DNA from: an uncultured Bacteroidales bacterium
GTDB taxonomy: Bacteria; Bacteroidota; Bacteroidia; Bacteroidales; FEN-979
Reading direction: 5' to 3'
NCBI GenBank assembly: GCA_903837605.1
Contig: CAILVF010000012.1
Location: 15,679-79,678 of the forward strand
Length of the DNA stretch: 64,000 nt
Made by a program: the position numbers and the translations under genes. Positions 10,901 to 19,571 of the stretch are shown here, piece after piece. A model generated the notes under the pieces. The model searched no databases. It worked only from the letters and a program-made list of their open reading frames with translations, and was not told the origin of the DNA. Numbering within the stretch: the stretch's first letter is position 1; each line of letters starts with the position of its first letter.

Positions 10901-13900
10901 GGATAAAAATTCAGAATGGTAAAACCACCTGGTCAAACAACATCATCAGTGTGGGAAGCAATTTATTCACAAATGTCTATGGCATCTATGAAAGAGGCGA
11001 TGCCGGTAATGACAACAACCTGTATTACAATACGGTTTATATCAGCGGGGATGTGGGGTCAGGAACACCAAAATCTTATGCTTTATACAGTGCCACTTCA
11101 ACAAATACCCGGGATTTCAGGAATAATATTTTTAACAATCAGCGTTTCATTGGTGCTAAAAGTGCGGCCTCCATCTACTTAAATTACGCAGCCTGGTTCA
11201 ACTATGGAGTGAGCACTAATCTTACTCTCGATAACAATGATTATTCTATATCGGGCATGGGCAGCGGCGCTTTGGGATATTTCAACTCTGCGGATGTGAC
11301 CTCCCTTCCCTTAATCAGCGGACAGGATGCAAGCAGCAAGTCGGTGGATCCGGGTTTTGCCAGCGCCGGAGGAACTCTGGCTGTCAATTATCTGCCATCC
11401 AATACCTCACTGATTGCTGCAACAGGCACCGGGATCACTATTGATTATGGAGCAAATGCCAGGAGTGTGACCTCTCCGTCGATGGGAGCCTGGGAATACA
11501 ATGTAACACCATGCATCCCTTCAATAATTAGCCAATCAACCGGTGCTCAAACTCAATGTATCGGTGGAACATTTACCTCTATAAGTGTTACAGCATCAGG
11601 AGGTAATTTAAATTATCAATGGTACAGTAACTCCGATCAGATTACTTCAGGGGGTACAGCCGTTGGAGTAAACTCAAATAGTTATACGCCTTTGGCCACT
11701 ACTGCCGGAACCTTATATTATTATTGTGTTGTTACCAACACTTGCGGAACGGCAACGAGTGCTATATCGGGGGCGTTTGTTGTGAATCCGTTGCCTGCAC
11801 CTACAATATACTCAGCAGGTGGCACCTCTATTTGCCAGGGTAATTCTGTCACCCTTAATGTAAGCGGCAATGCATTGCAGTTTGGTTCAAACAGCAGCGT
11901 AGAAATAAATGATAATCCAATCCTGCGTTTTACCAGCGCTGAAAGTTATACGGTAATGGCATGGGTCTATGTTCAGAGTAATACATATACATGGAGAGGG
12001 ATTGTTACAAAATCGAGGGATCAGGGATCTTTTTATGGTATTTGGATAGATCCTGGTAATCAATGGGTATATGGGACAGGCACATTGCCTTCGGATTTTA
12101 ATAATATTACTGGCTCAATTGTTACTACAGGCTGGCATCATATCGCTATAGTTCAAACAGGAAGTGTCGACAGAAACCTCTTTGTTGATGGAGTTTCCGT
12201 TGGAACTGGAACAGTGCATAACTCTGATGGTACAGGGTTGTTAAGATTTGGTCGGTCGGGAAATAATTTTGAAGTATTTGAAGGTGGCATACTGGATGAA
12301 GTGTCCATTTTTAATACAAATCTGAGTTCCGCAACAATTAACACATGGAAGAATGTATCCATAACCAGTGCACATCCCAATTATGCCAATTTGGTTGGAT
12401 ACTGGAAGCTTGATGAAGGAACAGGAACTACCACTGCTGATGCAAGTGGTCATGGTTTAACAGGCGCCCTGGTAAATTCACCGGTTTGGGTAGCCACAAC
12501 TGCACCGGTCAATCAGTACAGTTCTTATTTATGGTCTCCGGGTTCTGCCACCACTTCAACCCTGAATGTTACTGCTCCAGGAACCTATTCTGTTACTGTT
12601 ACCGATGCAAATGGCTGTTCTAATACAGCTACTGGTGTTACGATAACGGTTGATCCGGTTTCGGTGGGAGGTTCCATCGCAGGAGGCACTACCGTTTGCT
12701 CGGGAACTAATTCAACGACACTCACACTTTCTGGTTATACAGGCAGTATAGTGAAGTGGCAGAAGTCCACCGACAACTGGACCATTCCAATCGATGTTGC
12801 CAACACAACGACAACACTCATTGCAACTGACCTTACTTCGACTACCAAGTACCGCGCTATTGTTCAAAGCGGGGTATGTTCCTTGGTCAACTCTTCCGAT
12901 GCAACAGTAACTGTTAATCCGAAGGGACAGGTTGATCAGCCCGAAAACCAGGTTGTTTTCAATACTGCAAGCACTACAACAGTGATCTTTGAAACTATCA
13001 ATAACGATGGGATCACGACTTATGCCTGGACAAATGATGTAACCAGTATCGGGCTTGCGGCTTCAGGTACCGGCAACATCGCAGCCTTCACCGCAACCAA
13101 TGCGGGCACCACTCCTGTTGTTGCAACCATCACAGTAACTCCGACATATACCAGCGGAGGTGAAAGCTGCACCGGGCCTGCCAAGACCTTCACCATTACG
13201 GTGACCCCGTTGATTTATCCCATAACCGGCACATTCGTTTATAATAATGCAGCCAACACCCCGCTTGATTCCCTGAAGGTTTACCTGAACCAAAACGGGA
13301 TAAAGATAGATTCGACAAAAACCAATCTTGCAGGCGCATTCACTTTCCCGGCTGTGATGAACGGGACGTATACGATTTCTGCAACGACTTCGAAACCCTG
13401 GGCAGGTGTCAACGCCACCGATGCAATTATAGTGCAGCGTCACTTTGCAGCACTTCAACTTCTTACAGAACCGGTGATGTTGCTGGCAGCTGATGTGAAC
13501 CTGAGCAACTCCATCAATGCAACAGACGCGGCCAAGATCAAGCGGAGGTTTTCGGGACTCGATAACTTTTTCGCACGTGGTGACTGGACCTTTGCCAAAC
13601 CAACGACAGGCGGGGATACGATCATTATAGGCGGATCGGCAGTCACCCAGAATTTCTACGGACTTTGTGTAGGTGATGTGAATGGATCAAATATACCCGG
13701 ACCGGGAGCCAAGACTGAAGGATTGCTGGCGCTTGAAGAGAACGGACTGATCAAGGCCTCGCCCGGAGAAGTCATTGAAATACCGCTGAGAGTTACGGGG
13801 GATGTAAACATAGGGGCAATCTCGATGGTAATAGGTTACCCGGGCCATCTGATGCAGGTCAGGGAGATCCGTATTTCCCACGGAACCGCTTTTTATACCG

Positions 13901-14400
13901 CTAACAACGGTGTCTTGCGGATGGCATGGTCGGAAACCAACCCGCTTTCACTCGTCAGGGAGCAAACCATGATCAGCCTTGTTGTGAAGATCTCAGATCA
14001 ATTTACGGTGAATGACAGAATCAGCTTTGCACTTACCGGGGAATCGGAAATCGCAGATGCCCGGGGTCGGGTGTTCGATAACCTCATTCTTTCAGCCCCG
14101 GCTGTCATTTCAAAGAACTCCACCGGGCTTGGCAATGGAGAAGAACAAACCCGGTTTGAGGTATACCCCGTGCCTAATAACGGGCGATTTACTGCTGCCA
14201 TCAGCAGGCCGACCGCAGCTTTGTTCAACATAGCCATCTATAATGGATTCGGAGCGATGATTTTCCAGAAGACCGACATCAGGGTGATTGGCACAACCAC
14301 TGAACTTATCGAGCTCAGATCCACTCCTCCGGGTGTCTATACCGTCGTATTTACAAGCAGCGACTGCAGAGTCATCCGAAAGATTATTATCAGTGATTAA
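7915..14400 (+). CDS. giant T9SS-secreted adhesin-like protein: parallel beta-helix repeats, Ig-like repeats, LamG/concanavalin-like domain, CarboxypepD_reg-like, dockerin-like and cohesin-like modules, and CTD
   Basis: The ORF is open from 7876. The Met at 7915 immediately precedes a signal peptide (MERYTQFRLAAILILSFALTLFTQA). It contains degenerate N/G/T/S-rich beta-helix-like repeats (GNSG..GGAI, N.I.GN.I.N). A LamG-like block reads WHHIAIVQTG...LFVDGV...LDEVSIFN. Ig-like repeats read YQWY...YYYCVVTN.CG. The dockerin-like segment (NATDAIIVQRHF...ADVNLSNSINATDAAKIKRRF) is followed by a cohesin-like segment (GEVIEIPLRVTGDVNIGAISMVIGYP). The C-terminus is FEVYPVPNNGRF...GVYTVVF... Confidence 0.75.
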   Translation: MERYTQFRLAAILILSFALTLFTQAADQVVTNNANSGAGSFRQAITDVTAGGTITFNLSAGNETITIASELVIIKAMTINGANTSGSGTQVTVQVTTPGTSAWRVFEISASGSTINLQNMSLKGGDMSIDYGGSIQINAGATVNLTGMIISGSKAYDGGGINIASSWSDRSVVTVTSSTFNGNSANHRGGGICISYYVNITINACEFTNNSGNGGAILNGGVVTITKSTFNGNSGWVGGTIYNFNSSTATIVSSTISGNSSGWYAGGIYSEGTCYLLNSILINNTGTAGRDISVGSGSTYAYYCWYNSTYGTINTQAGAPNVTTSYSSGYLGALANNGGPTQTMAVTATSPALNNGAFAYYNVTDGYYFLDNQAIPVSHKLADWATSPSIIPTDKITTDQRGSIILGSPAIGAYNPDPPAVVVTATAGTTTGGYATLREAFNAINAGTHQGTVTVMINNSTTETASAVLNASGSGSALYTSVNIYPTVTGLSISGNLATPLIDLNGADNVTIDGRVNAAGSAKDLVITNTSTSSADGVSTIRFINDACSNTVKYCVIKGSELASVSWSGILFFSTAGSNNGNDNNLIDHNDITCASDVNRPQNAVCSLGTAGKENDGNTISNDNIFDFFSRSVATCGIYLDNNNSAWTISGCSFYEQNAFAPSSSQSFSVVKINSPTGNNFTITGNYIGGSAALCSGTFTKINSGNNTFYGIIVITGPGTASNIQGNTIRNFNYANSSSASWSGISVREGTVNIGTVTTNTIGTATGNGSVILTNTTSEGSFTGIDVAGTCTTNTQNNTIGSITTANINAANATNFCGIKTSSTGTITICNNTIGSQTTTGSINLSSPSATGDQIAIGILNEGPGSLTISGNLIANMTNGITSSDPNNRGLIHGILTLDGSNTISGNTIRDLRIANANTAADYMAPVIGIGLIYTTDAAQSITGNTIYNLSNTFTSFAGNVIGLYYNGSTTASTVSGNFIHSLSMTLPTTAANIYGIKIQNGKTTWSNNIISVGSNLFTNVYGIYERGDAGNDNNLYYNTVYISGDVGSGTPKSYALYSATSTNTRDFRNNIFNNQRFIGAKSAASIYLNYAAWFNYGVSTNLTLDNNDYSISGMGSGALGYFNSADVTSLPLISGQDASSKSVDPGFASAGGTLAVNYLPSNTSLIAATGTGITIDYGANARSVTSPSMGAWEYNVTPCIPSIISQSTGAQTQCIGGTFTSISVTASGGNLNYQWYSNSDQITSGGTAVGVNSNSYTPLATTAGTLYYYCVVTNTCGTATSAISGAFVVNPLPAPTIYSAGGTSICQGNSVTLNVSGNALQFGSNSSVEINDNPILRFTSAESYTVMAWVYVQSNTYTWRGIVTKSRDQGSFYGIWIDPGNQWVYGTGTLPSDFNNITGSIVTTGWHHIAIVQTGSVDRNLFVDGVSVGTGTVHNSDGTGLLRFGRSGNNFEVFEGGILDEVSIFNTNLSSATINTWKNVSITSAHPNYANLVGYWKLDEGTGTTTADASGHGLTGALVNSPVWVATTAPVNQYSSYLWSPGSATTSTLNVTAPGTYSVTVTDANGCSNTATGVTITVDPVSVGGSIAGGTTVCSGTNSTTLTLSGYTGSIVKWQKSTDNWTIPIDVANTTTTLIATDLTSTTKYRAIVQSGVCSLVNSSDATVTVNPKGQVDQPENQVVFNTASTTTVIFETINNDGITTYAWTNDVTSIGLAASGTGNIAAFTATNAGTTPVVATITVTPTYTSGGESCTGPAKTFTITVTPLIYPITGTFVYNNAANTPLDSLKVYLNQNGIKIDSTKTNLAGAFTFPAVMNGTYTISATTSKPWAGVNATDAIIVQRHFAALQLLTEPVMLLAADVNLSNSINATDAAKIKRRFSGLDNFFARGDWTFAKPTTGGDTIIIGGSAVTQNFYGLCVGDVNGSNIPGPGAKTEGLLALEENGLIKASPGEVIEIPLRVTGDVNIGAISMVIGYPGHLMQVREIRISHGTAFYTANNGVLRMAWSETNPLSLVREQTMISLVVKISDQFTVNDRISFALTGESEIADARGRVFDNLILSAPAVISKNSTGLGNGEEQTRFEVYPVPNNGRFTAAISRPTAALFNIAIYNGFGAMIFQKTDIRVIGTTTELIELRSTPPGVYTVVFTSSDCRVIRKIIISD

Positions 14401-14437
14401 AAACTTTATAAAAGCAGGCGGAATGAATGTTATCTTT

Positions 14438-14445
14438 TATCTTTG
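14438..14445 (+). promoter_or_regulatory. Bacteroidota -7 promoter motif (TAnnTTTG) upstream of the GDPD gene
   Basis: Exact TATCTTTG lies 25 nt upstream of the ATG at 14470, in the 69-nt intergenic gap. Confidence 0.4.
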
Positions 14446-14469
14446 AATGTGATGTAAATACTGAATCCA

Positions 14470-15531
14470 ATGAAAAAGTCAAAAACTTTTATTATTGTTT
14501 TATCAGGCCTTGGCTTACTGTTTACACTCACTCAACTTGGCTGCAAAAAAAGCAACGAAGAGACCTTTCCGCCTGACACGCGTAAAATGGTCCAGGTTTA
14601 TGCACATCGGGGGGCAAGAAGCTATGCCCCGGAGAATACGATACGGGGTTATACTACCGGGCTTGCTATTGGCACGCATTGGGTTGATATGGACATTGTG
14701 ATGTCAGGTGACGGGGAGGTGATAGTATCACATGACATAAGGCTCAATCCTGATATTGTGAGAGGGGCCGGCGGCAAATTCATAACTGAGAGAAAGCTCG
14801 TGAAATCATTATCCCTGGCAGAGATAAAACAATTTGATGTTGGACGGCTTGATACCGCCAGTGCCTACAGTAAATTTTTTCCCGCTCAAATCGGAATGGA
14901 TGGAATAACAATGCCTACCCTGAGGGAAGTGATACGGTATGTAATCGCAAAAACAAACAATAAGGTGGGTTTCCAGATCGAATTTAAAACTGATCCCGAA
15001 CATCCTGACTGGACATACACACCGGCCGAGTTTGCCGCTGCACTCTACAAAATTCTGAAAGAGGAGAATATCGTCACAAATTGTGAGGTCCAGTCATTCG
15101 ACTGGAGGTGCCTTTATGAACTTCAGAATCTGGATCACAATGTAAAAACCGCATATCTGACCGAATGGGATAATGAACCAGGTACTCCTTACAGTTTCTT
15201 TGATCCCGACCCCGCCAGGGCAGGATTATGGACAGGAGGGGTCCTGGTTAAGGATCATAAGAATTCGATACCACAGATGGTAAAAGATATGGGGGGAACA
15301 TGCTGGGAACCTGAAGATGTTGAACTGACCAGGGCTACCCTGGATGAAGCACACGGGCTCGGACTCAAGGTTGTGGTCTGGACCTGGCCTGAACACAGCC
15401 ACACTGTATTTAATCCTGACCTGGTATCAAACCTGATCAGCTGGGGCGTGGATGGGATTATCACCGACGACCCGGGAATGCTGATTTCCATGCTCGCTGC
15501 ACGCAACTATACTTTGCCGGCGAGGTATTGA
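14470..15531 (+). CDS. glycerophosphodiester phosphodiesterase (GDPD family) lipoprotein
   Basis: Lipoprotein-type N-terminus (LLFTLTQLGCKK). GDPD motifs: VYAHRGARSYAPENT and WVDMDIVMSGDGEVIVSHD. Confidence 0.8.
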   Translation: MKKSKTFIIVLSGLGLLFTLTQLGCKKSNEETFPPDTRKMVQVYAHRGARSYAPENTIRGYTTGLAIGTHWVDMDIVMSGDGEVIVSHDIRLNPDIVRGAGGKFITERKLVKSLSLAEIKQFDVGRLDTASAYSKFFPAQIGMDGITMPTLREVIRYVIAKTNNKVGFQIEFKTDPEHPDWTYTPAEFAAALYKILKEENIVTNCEVQSFDWRCLYELQNLDHNVKTAYLTEWDNEPGTPYSFFDPDPARAGLWTGGVLVKDHKNSIPQMVKDMGGTCWEPEDVELTRATLDEAHGLGLKVVVWTWPEHSHTVFNPDLVSNLISWGVDGIITDDPGMLISMLAARNYTLPARY

Positions 15532-15800
15532 TCAGTTAAAATTGCGTTTGTCAACCGCAACGATTTAACGGGAGAAACCCGGGCAAACCGATCATTTTCT
15601 CAGTGTGCCTTTCTTTGAAGGCCAATGTAGTTCTTTCTATGATATACAATTCAGCTCATTGCCTACAGTTAATGCTAAAAATTATTGGTTTCAGTTTGAT
15701 AAAATTATTAGCTTTACACACAGGAAATAACCAGGATTCAAAACTCTCAAACTTGACTCCTGTATTTGGTTGTCAGCACCGGAACAAAAACAATTTGTTT

Positions 15801-17108
15801 ATGGTCAATTATCGCTTCAAAAAAACGGATAGCCTTAAACTGAAAACCCTGTTTTTTATCCTGTCTTTTTCTTTATTCGCCTGTCAGCTTTCAGGCCAGA
15901 GCAATGATTCTTTAAACCAGGCAATTCCACACCCCGGGGCCAGCATCATTTCACTAAACACATCCGACGATATTGCGAATTCAGTCGTGATAGCCCCTGA
16001 CGGTAATATGTTCGTTTCGGGATACACCAATTCGAGGTTCACCTTGTTCAAGATCACAGCAGGAGGCCGTCTCGTTACTTCATTTGGCTCAAAAGGAATA
16101 GTGAAGACCTCACTAAAGAGCGGTGAAGATCTGCTGTCGTCGATCCTTCTGTTTTCCAACAATAAAATCCTGGTGTCGGGAAGCGCATATAACGGCCAGC
16201 ACAATGACTTCGCCATGTTAAAGTTCCTGCCACAGGGGATTATTGATACCACGTTCGGGACAAACGGGATGTTCCTTATGCATGCCAGGGGCGGCAGCGA
16301 CATTGCCAGTTCAATGGCTCTTCAGCCCGACGGAAAAATAATCGTCGTCGGAAGTTCCAGCGACGGGAATTATGATGCATTCGCCCTTGCAAGGTTCAAG
16401 CCGGAGGGAGTTCCTGACCCTTCTTTCGGGAAAAACGGTATGGTTGTTACCGATGTCAGGTACGGGGATGACAGGATCAATGACGTTGCAATACAGCCCG
16501 ACGGGAAGATCGTGGTAGCGGGAAGTTCCAACACCAAACTCGGAGCTGCCCGGTATCTCGCCAATGGAGAACTTGACCGTTCGTTTGGCAACAACGGAAT
16601 AACACTTACATCGGTTAACGACTGCGAAGATATTGCCTCAGCCATTGTGTTGCAGGGCGATGGTAAAATCGTTGTGGCCGGAAGCTCATTTAACGGGGAA
16701 AGTTTTGATTTTGCCCTGGTCAGGTATACTACCCAGGGCAAGCCCGACGCATCCTTCGGCAAGGGGGGAATAGTTGTCACAAGCCTTGGCAATGGTGACG
16801 ATAAAGTTTCCGACCTGCTTATTCAGCCCGATGGTAAACTTGTGGCAGGAGGAAGCAGTTTCAACGGACAGTCCGATGATTTTGCCCTGGCCAGGTACAA
16901 TCATGACGGAACCCTTGATAAAAGTTTTGGAAATAAAGGAATAGTCATCACTTCAGTCCAGAAAGGAGACGAGCATATCTATAGTCTTGCGCTGCAGGGC
17001 GACGGTAAAATTGTGGCCGCAGGGAATACCAATAACGGATATAACAATGATTTCATCATCCTGAGATTTATGCCCGACGGCAGCCTGGATCCTGATTTCG
17101 GAAAGTAA
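15801..17108 (+). CDS. delta-60-repeat-type secreted repeat protein
   Basis: About eight tandem copies of a ~50-55-aa unit (D.SFG.NGIVVT......D.A.A..LQ.DGKIVVAGSS.NG...DFAL.R(Y/F)...G..D). The ATG at 15801 precedes a signal peptide (LKTLFFILSFSLFACQLSGQ). The listed GTG at 15603 would add 66 non-signal residues. Confidence 0.65.
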   Translation: MVNYRFKKTDSLKLKTLFFILSFSLFACQLSGQSNDSLNQAIPHPGASIISLNTSDDIANSVVIAPDGNMFVSGYTNSRFTLFKITAGGRLVTSFGSKGIVKTSLKSGEDLLSSILLFSNNKILVSGSAYNGQHNDFAMLKFLPQGIIDTTFGTNGMFLMHARGGSDIASSMALQPDGKIIVVGSSSDGNYDAFALARFKPEGVPDPSFGKNGMVVTDVRYGDDRINDVAIQPDGKIVVAGSSNTKLGAARYLANGELDRSFGNNGITLTSVNDCEDIASAIVLQGDGKIVVAGSSFNGESFDFALVRYTTQGKPDASFGKGGIVVTSLGNGDDKVSDLLIQPDGKLVAGGSSFNGQSDDFALARYNHDGTLDKSFGNKGIVITSVQKGDEHIYSLALQGDGKIVAAGNTNNGYNNDFIILRFMPDGSLDPDFGK

Positions 17109-17113
17109 ACAGG

Positions 17114-17758
17114 ATGTTAAAAAAGATATTCAACCGGCGCACGCTTACCGATCTGATCATTTATCTTGGCATTCCCCTGGTAATTTGGAACAGCTGCAGG
17201 GGAATCCTGGGCGATTATCCTGCAATGCTTGCTTCCACGGTTCCGGGCATCGTTTATACCTTTTATACCTTCTTCAAAGAAAAGCAGTATAGCCTCACAG
17301 GCCTGTTTTTTATAACGACCATGCTCATTGGCAGCATCATGGATGTATATTCCAAAACGGCCATTCAGATGCTCTGGAACGATGTTTATATCAATGTGGC
17401 CCTGGTGATCTTCTGGTGTTTTACCATACTCATCCGCAGACCTATGGCAATGTATTTTTTTATTGATTATGCTTACCTGCACGGAATTCCAAAGGAGCGC
17501 TCAAAACCTCTGTATTCAGGGATGCCTTTTTTCAGATATTTCATGCTGCTTACAGGCTACCTGGCACTTCAGGACCTCTCGGATATATTCCTGAGAATTG
17601 GGCTTATACATATTTACGGTGTAAACGGATTTAATACGATCAAAATGATATCCCAGGTCTGGGGCACAGCGACGACAGCCCTTTTTGTTTATTTCATTAT
17701 TTTGATCATTAAAAGGATACAGCATCATTCCGATAATCAGCAAAACCAAAAACAATAG
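17114..17758 (+). CDS. hypothetical integral membrane protein
   Basis: 214-aa ORF with about six hydrophobic helices. No catalytic motif recognised. Confidence 0.5.
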   Translation: MLKKIFNRRTLTDLIIYLGIPLVIWNSCRGILGDYPAMLASTVPGIVYTFYTFFKEKQYSLTGLFFITTMLIGSIMDVYSKTAIQMLWNDVYINVALVIFWCFTILIRRPMAMYFFIDYAYLHGIPKERSKPLYSGMPFFRYFMLLTGYLALQDLSDIFLRIGLIHIYGVNGFNTIKMISQVWGTATTALFVYFIILIIKRIQHHSDNQQNQKQ

Positions 17759-17793
17759 AACCCGCTTTAAATTAATCGAAAAAACGTAACAAA

Positions 17794-18213
17794 ATGGAAA
17801 AGAAAAATTATGCTAATCCCCCATTGCCGCCGGCAACACCTAACACACCTTCAACTCCCGGTTCGCCTGTGAACCCCGAAACGGCTAAGACTGCAGGCAC
17901 GCCCGTCACCCCTGACCTGGCAGCCACACCCGGTGGTTCTTCAGCAATGCCTGCCGCTTCACCTGCCCCGGGAGATGGCAGCAAGCCAGCAGGAAAAATG
18001 CCCCCGATGCCCGGTTTCCCTAATCTTAAGGTATCGACGAATATGCAGAATACGACCAAAATGCCCAACGTCACCATGGAGCAGTTTAAAATGAGCAAGT
18101 TCTTCGAGGAACAGATGGAACATCACAAGCAGCATCACCTGCTGCCTAACGGAGACTGCAAGCCTCACATCAAGGAAGCGGGTTGGAAATATTTCAAGAA
18201 ATTCAGGGGATAA
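17794..18213 (+). CDS. hypothetical Pro/Thr/Ala-rich protein with a His-rich C-terminal region
   Basis: 139-aa ORF. The first ~75 aa are low complexity (PPLPPATPNTPSTPGSPVNPE...). The C-terminus reads EEQMEHHKQHHLLPNGDCKPH. No signal peptide is evident. An antisense ORF of similar length reflects the low complexity. Confidence 0.4.
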   Translation: MEKKNYANPPLPPATPNTPSTPGSPVNPETAKTAGTPVTPDLAATPGGSSAMPAASPAPGDGSKPAGKMPPMPGFPNLKVSTNMQNTTKMPNVTMEQFKMSKFFEEQMEHHKQHHLLPNGDCKPHIKEAGWKYFKKFRG

Positions 18214-18237
18214 TACCCCAATATTTTAATTGGCTGG

Positions 18238-18270
18238 GGGCTTTTCATAAAGCCCGCCTTCTCTGTTTTT
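18238..18270 (+). terminator. possible intrinsic terminator after the Pro-rich ORF
   Basis: GGGCTTT-tcat-AAAGCCC hairpin (7-bp stem, 18238-18255), followed 10 nt later by TTTTT (18266-18270). Confidence 0.3.
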
Positions 18271-18291
18271 AATTAATCAGTATTTTTCGTC

Positions 18292-19542
18292 ATGGATAAG
18301 ACAGAAAAAGCAAAATCATCGCCTTCGGGAGGGAATCCTGAGGAAATGAACCGGATGTTGAAGATCACACGTCCGCGCTACTGGATCTCACTTTCCGCCC
18401 TCGGGCTTCTTACCCTGATCGCCATTTTCTGGGGATTCTTCGGAAGTATCCCGCAGAGGATAGACGGTCTTGGCGAGATCATCAGCGGCAAAGGGCTTCA
18501 TGGAATCATAGCGCTTTATCCCGGAGGAGTGGAGGAAGTTAATTTTGAACTGGGAGAAAAGGTGGAGTCAGGAGATATCCTGCTTCATCTTTTACAACCG
18601 CAGCTCCGGCACCAGCTGGTTGAATTCAATGCCCAGCTTGATGTGCTCAGGCTGCAGGATTCACTCCTCTCGAACAGGGATGCCATGGATTATCCTAACA
18701 AGATGAGGTTTTACGACCTGGAGGAAGTGAGGCTGAAAAAGGAACTGGCCCAGCTGGAGGATCAGATAAGCTTCCTGCAGCTGAAGATGAACCAGCAGCA
18801 GGATCTCTGGGATAAAGGCCTTGCCACAAGAGAGAATTATGTGGATGCGAAAAACCAGCTTTCCGATACCCGAAACAAGCGCACACAAACGGAACAGTCT
18901 GTTAAAACCAACCAGCTCGACCAGCAGTCCTGGGAATATGACAGGCAATACAAGCAGGAAGATTACAGGGGTCAGATACAGATCATGAAGAAAAAAATGC
19001 AGGACCTGCAGGACGATTATGACCAGCAGACGATCATCCGCAGCCCTGTAAAAGGGATAATAGTGGATAAATCGGTAAGCAGCGGCGACTTTGTGAATGC
19101 AGGCACCCGGATGATGGTCGTTGAGGACCTGGGAAATGAAAAGAACCATCTGCTTGACCTGTTCATTCCATTTAATTCCAATGCCGTTGTCGAACCCGGG
19201 ATGGAAGTCATGATCGAGCCTTTCACCGTGAATCACAATCTATACGGCTGGCTTATGGGAGTCGTTGTTGAGGTCAACCATTTCGTTTCAAATACCAATT
19301 CAATAATTGACGAATTGAACAATCCCGACCTGGTGGCATTGATACAGCAGCAGGGGCCTACGTATCGGGTCAAGATATACCTTCTCCCCGACGCACAAAC
19401 CAAAAGCGGGTTCATGTGGTCAAACAAAAAGGGACCTCCCTACACCATTAATACCGGTACTCTTTGCCGTGCTTCGGTACTTGTGAAGCAAAAACCACCG
19501 ATCGACTATATTATTCCGGTGCTTAAATCCTATTTTGAATAG
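18292..19542 (+). CDS. HlyD-family periplasmic adaptor / membrane fusion protein (bacteriocin/NHLM-type secretion adaptor)
   Basis: It has one N-terminal TM helix (YWISLSALGLLTLIAIFWGFFG) and a long coiled-coil region rich in Q/L/E/K. A lipoyl-like hairpin (IIRSPVKGIIVDKSV..GDFV..G) and a beta-barrel tail follow. It sits directly upstream of two ABC transporters. Confidence 0.8.
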   Translation: MDKTEKAKSSPSGGNPEEMNRMLKITRPRYWISLSALGLLTLIAIFWGFFGSIPQRIDGLGEIISGKGLHGIIALYPGGVEEVNFELGEKVESGDILLHLLQPQLRHQLVEFNAQLDVLRLQDSLLSNRDAMDYPNKMRFYDLEEVRLKKELAQLEDQISFLQLKMNQQQDLWDKGLATRENYVDAKNQLSDTRNKRTQTEQSVKTNQLDQQSWEYDRQYKQEDYRGQIQIMKKKMQDLQDDYDQQTIIRSPVKGIIVDKSVSSGDFVNAGTRMMVVEDLGNEKNHLLDLFIPFNSNAVVEPGMEVMIEPFTVNHNLYGWLMGVVVEVNHFVSNTNSIIDELNNPDLVALIQQQGPTYRVKIYLLPDAQTKSGFMWSNKKGPPYTINTGTLCRASVLVKQKPPIDYIIPVLKSYFE

Positions 19543-19571
19543 TTTCCAGAATACCCAATCGAAACTTTGTC

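Noticed and set aside
15603-15800. N-terminal extensions implied by the longest-ORF coordinates: 15603 GTG, 7876, 44007, 51377 GTG, 52579 GTG, 55078 GTG, 61047, 62188, 42162, 36940 TTG.
   Set aside because: In each case an internal ATG immediately precedes a canonical signal or lipoprotein peptide, or forms an ATGA/overlap junction with the upstream gene. The extension would bury the signal peptide or overlap the upstream CDS.
18281-18288. TATTTTTC, a near match to the TAnnTTTG promoter motif, 4 nt before the HlyD ATG.
   Set aside because: The last base mismatches. The position would also require a leaderless mRNA or a downstream start (Met19 at 18346). That is not enough evidence to call a promoter.
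17794-18291. Search for a ribosomal precursor peptide (NHLP/Nif11-type or double-glycine leader) that would make the exporter part of a RiPP system.
   Set aside because: No small ORF here, or in the 19542/19572 and 26255/26285 gaps, has a leader-like sequence. No cyclodehydratase, radical-SAM or lanthionine-synthetase genes are present. The exporter's peptidase triad is degenerate. The 139-aa ORF is kept only as a low-interest note.
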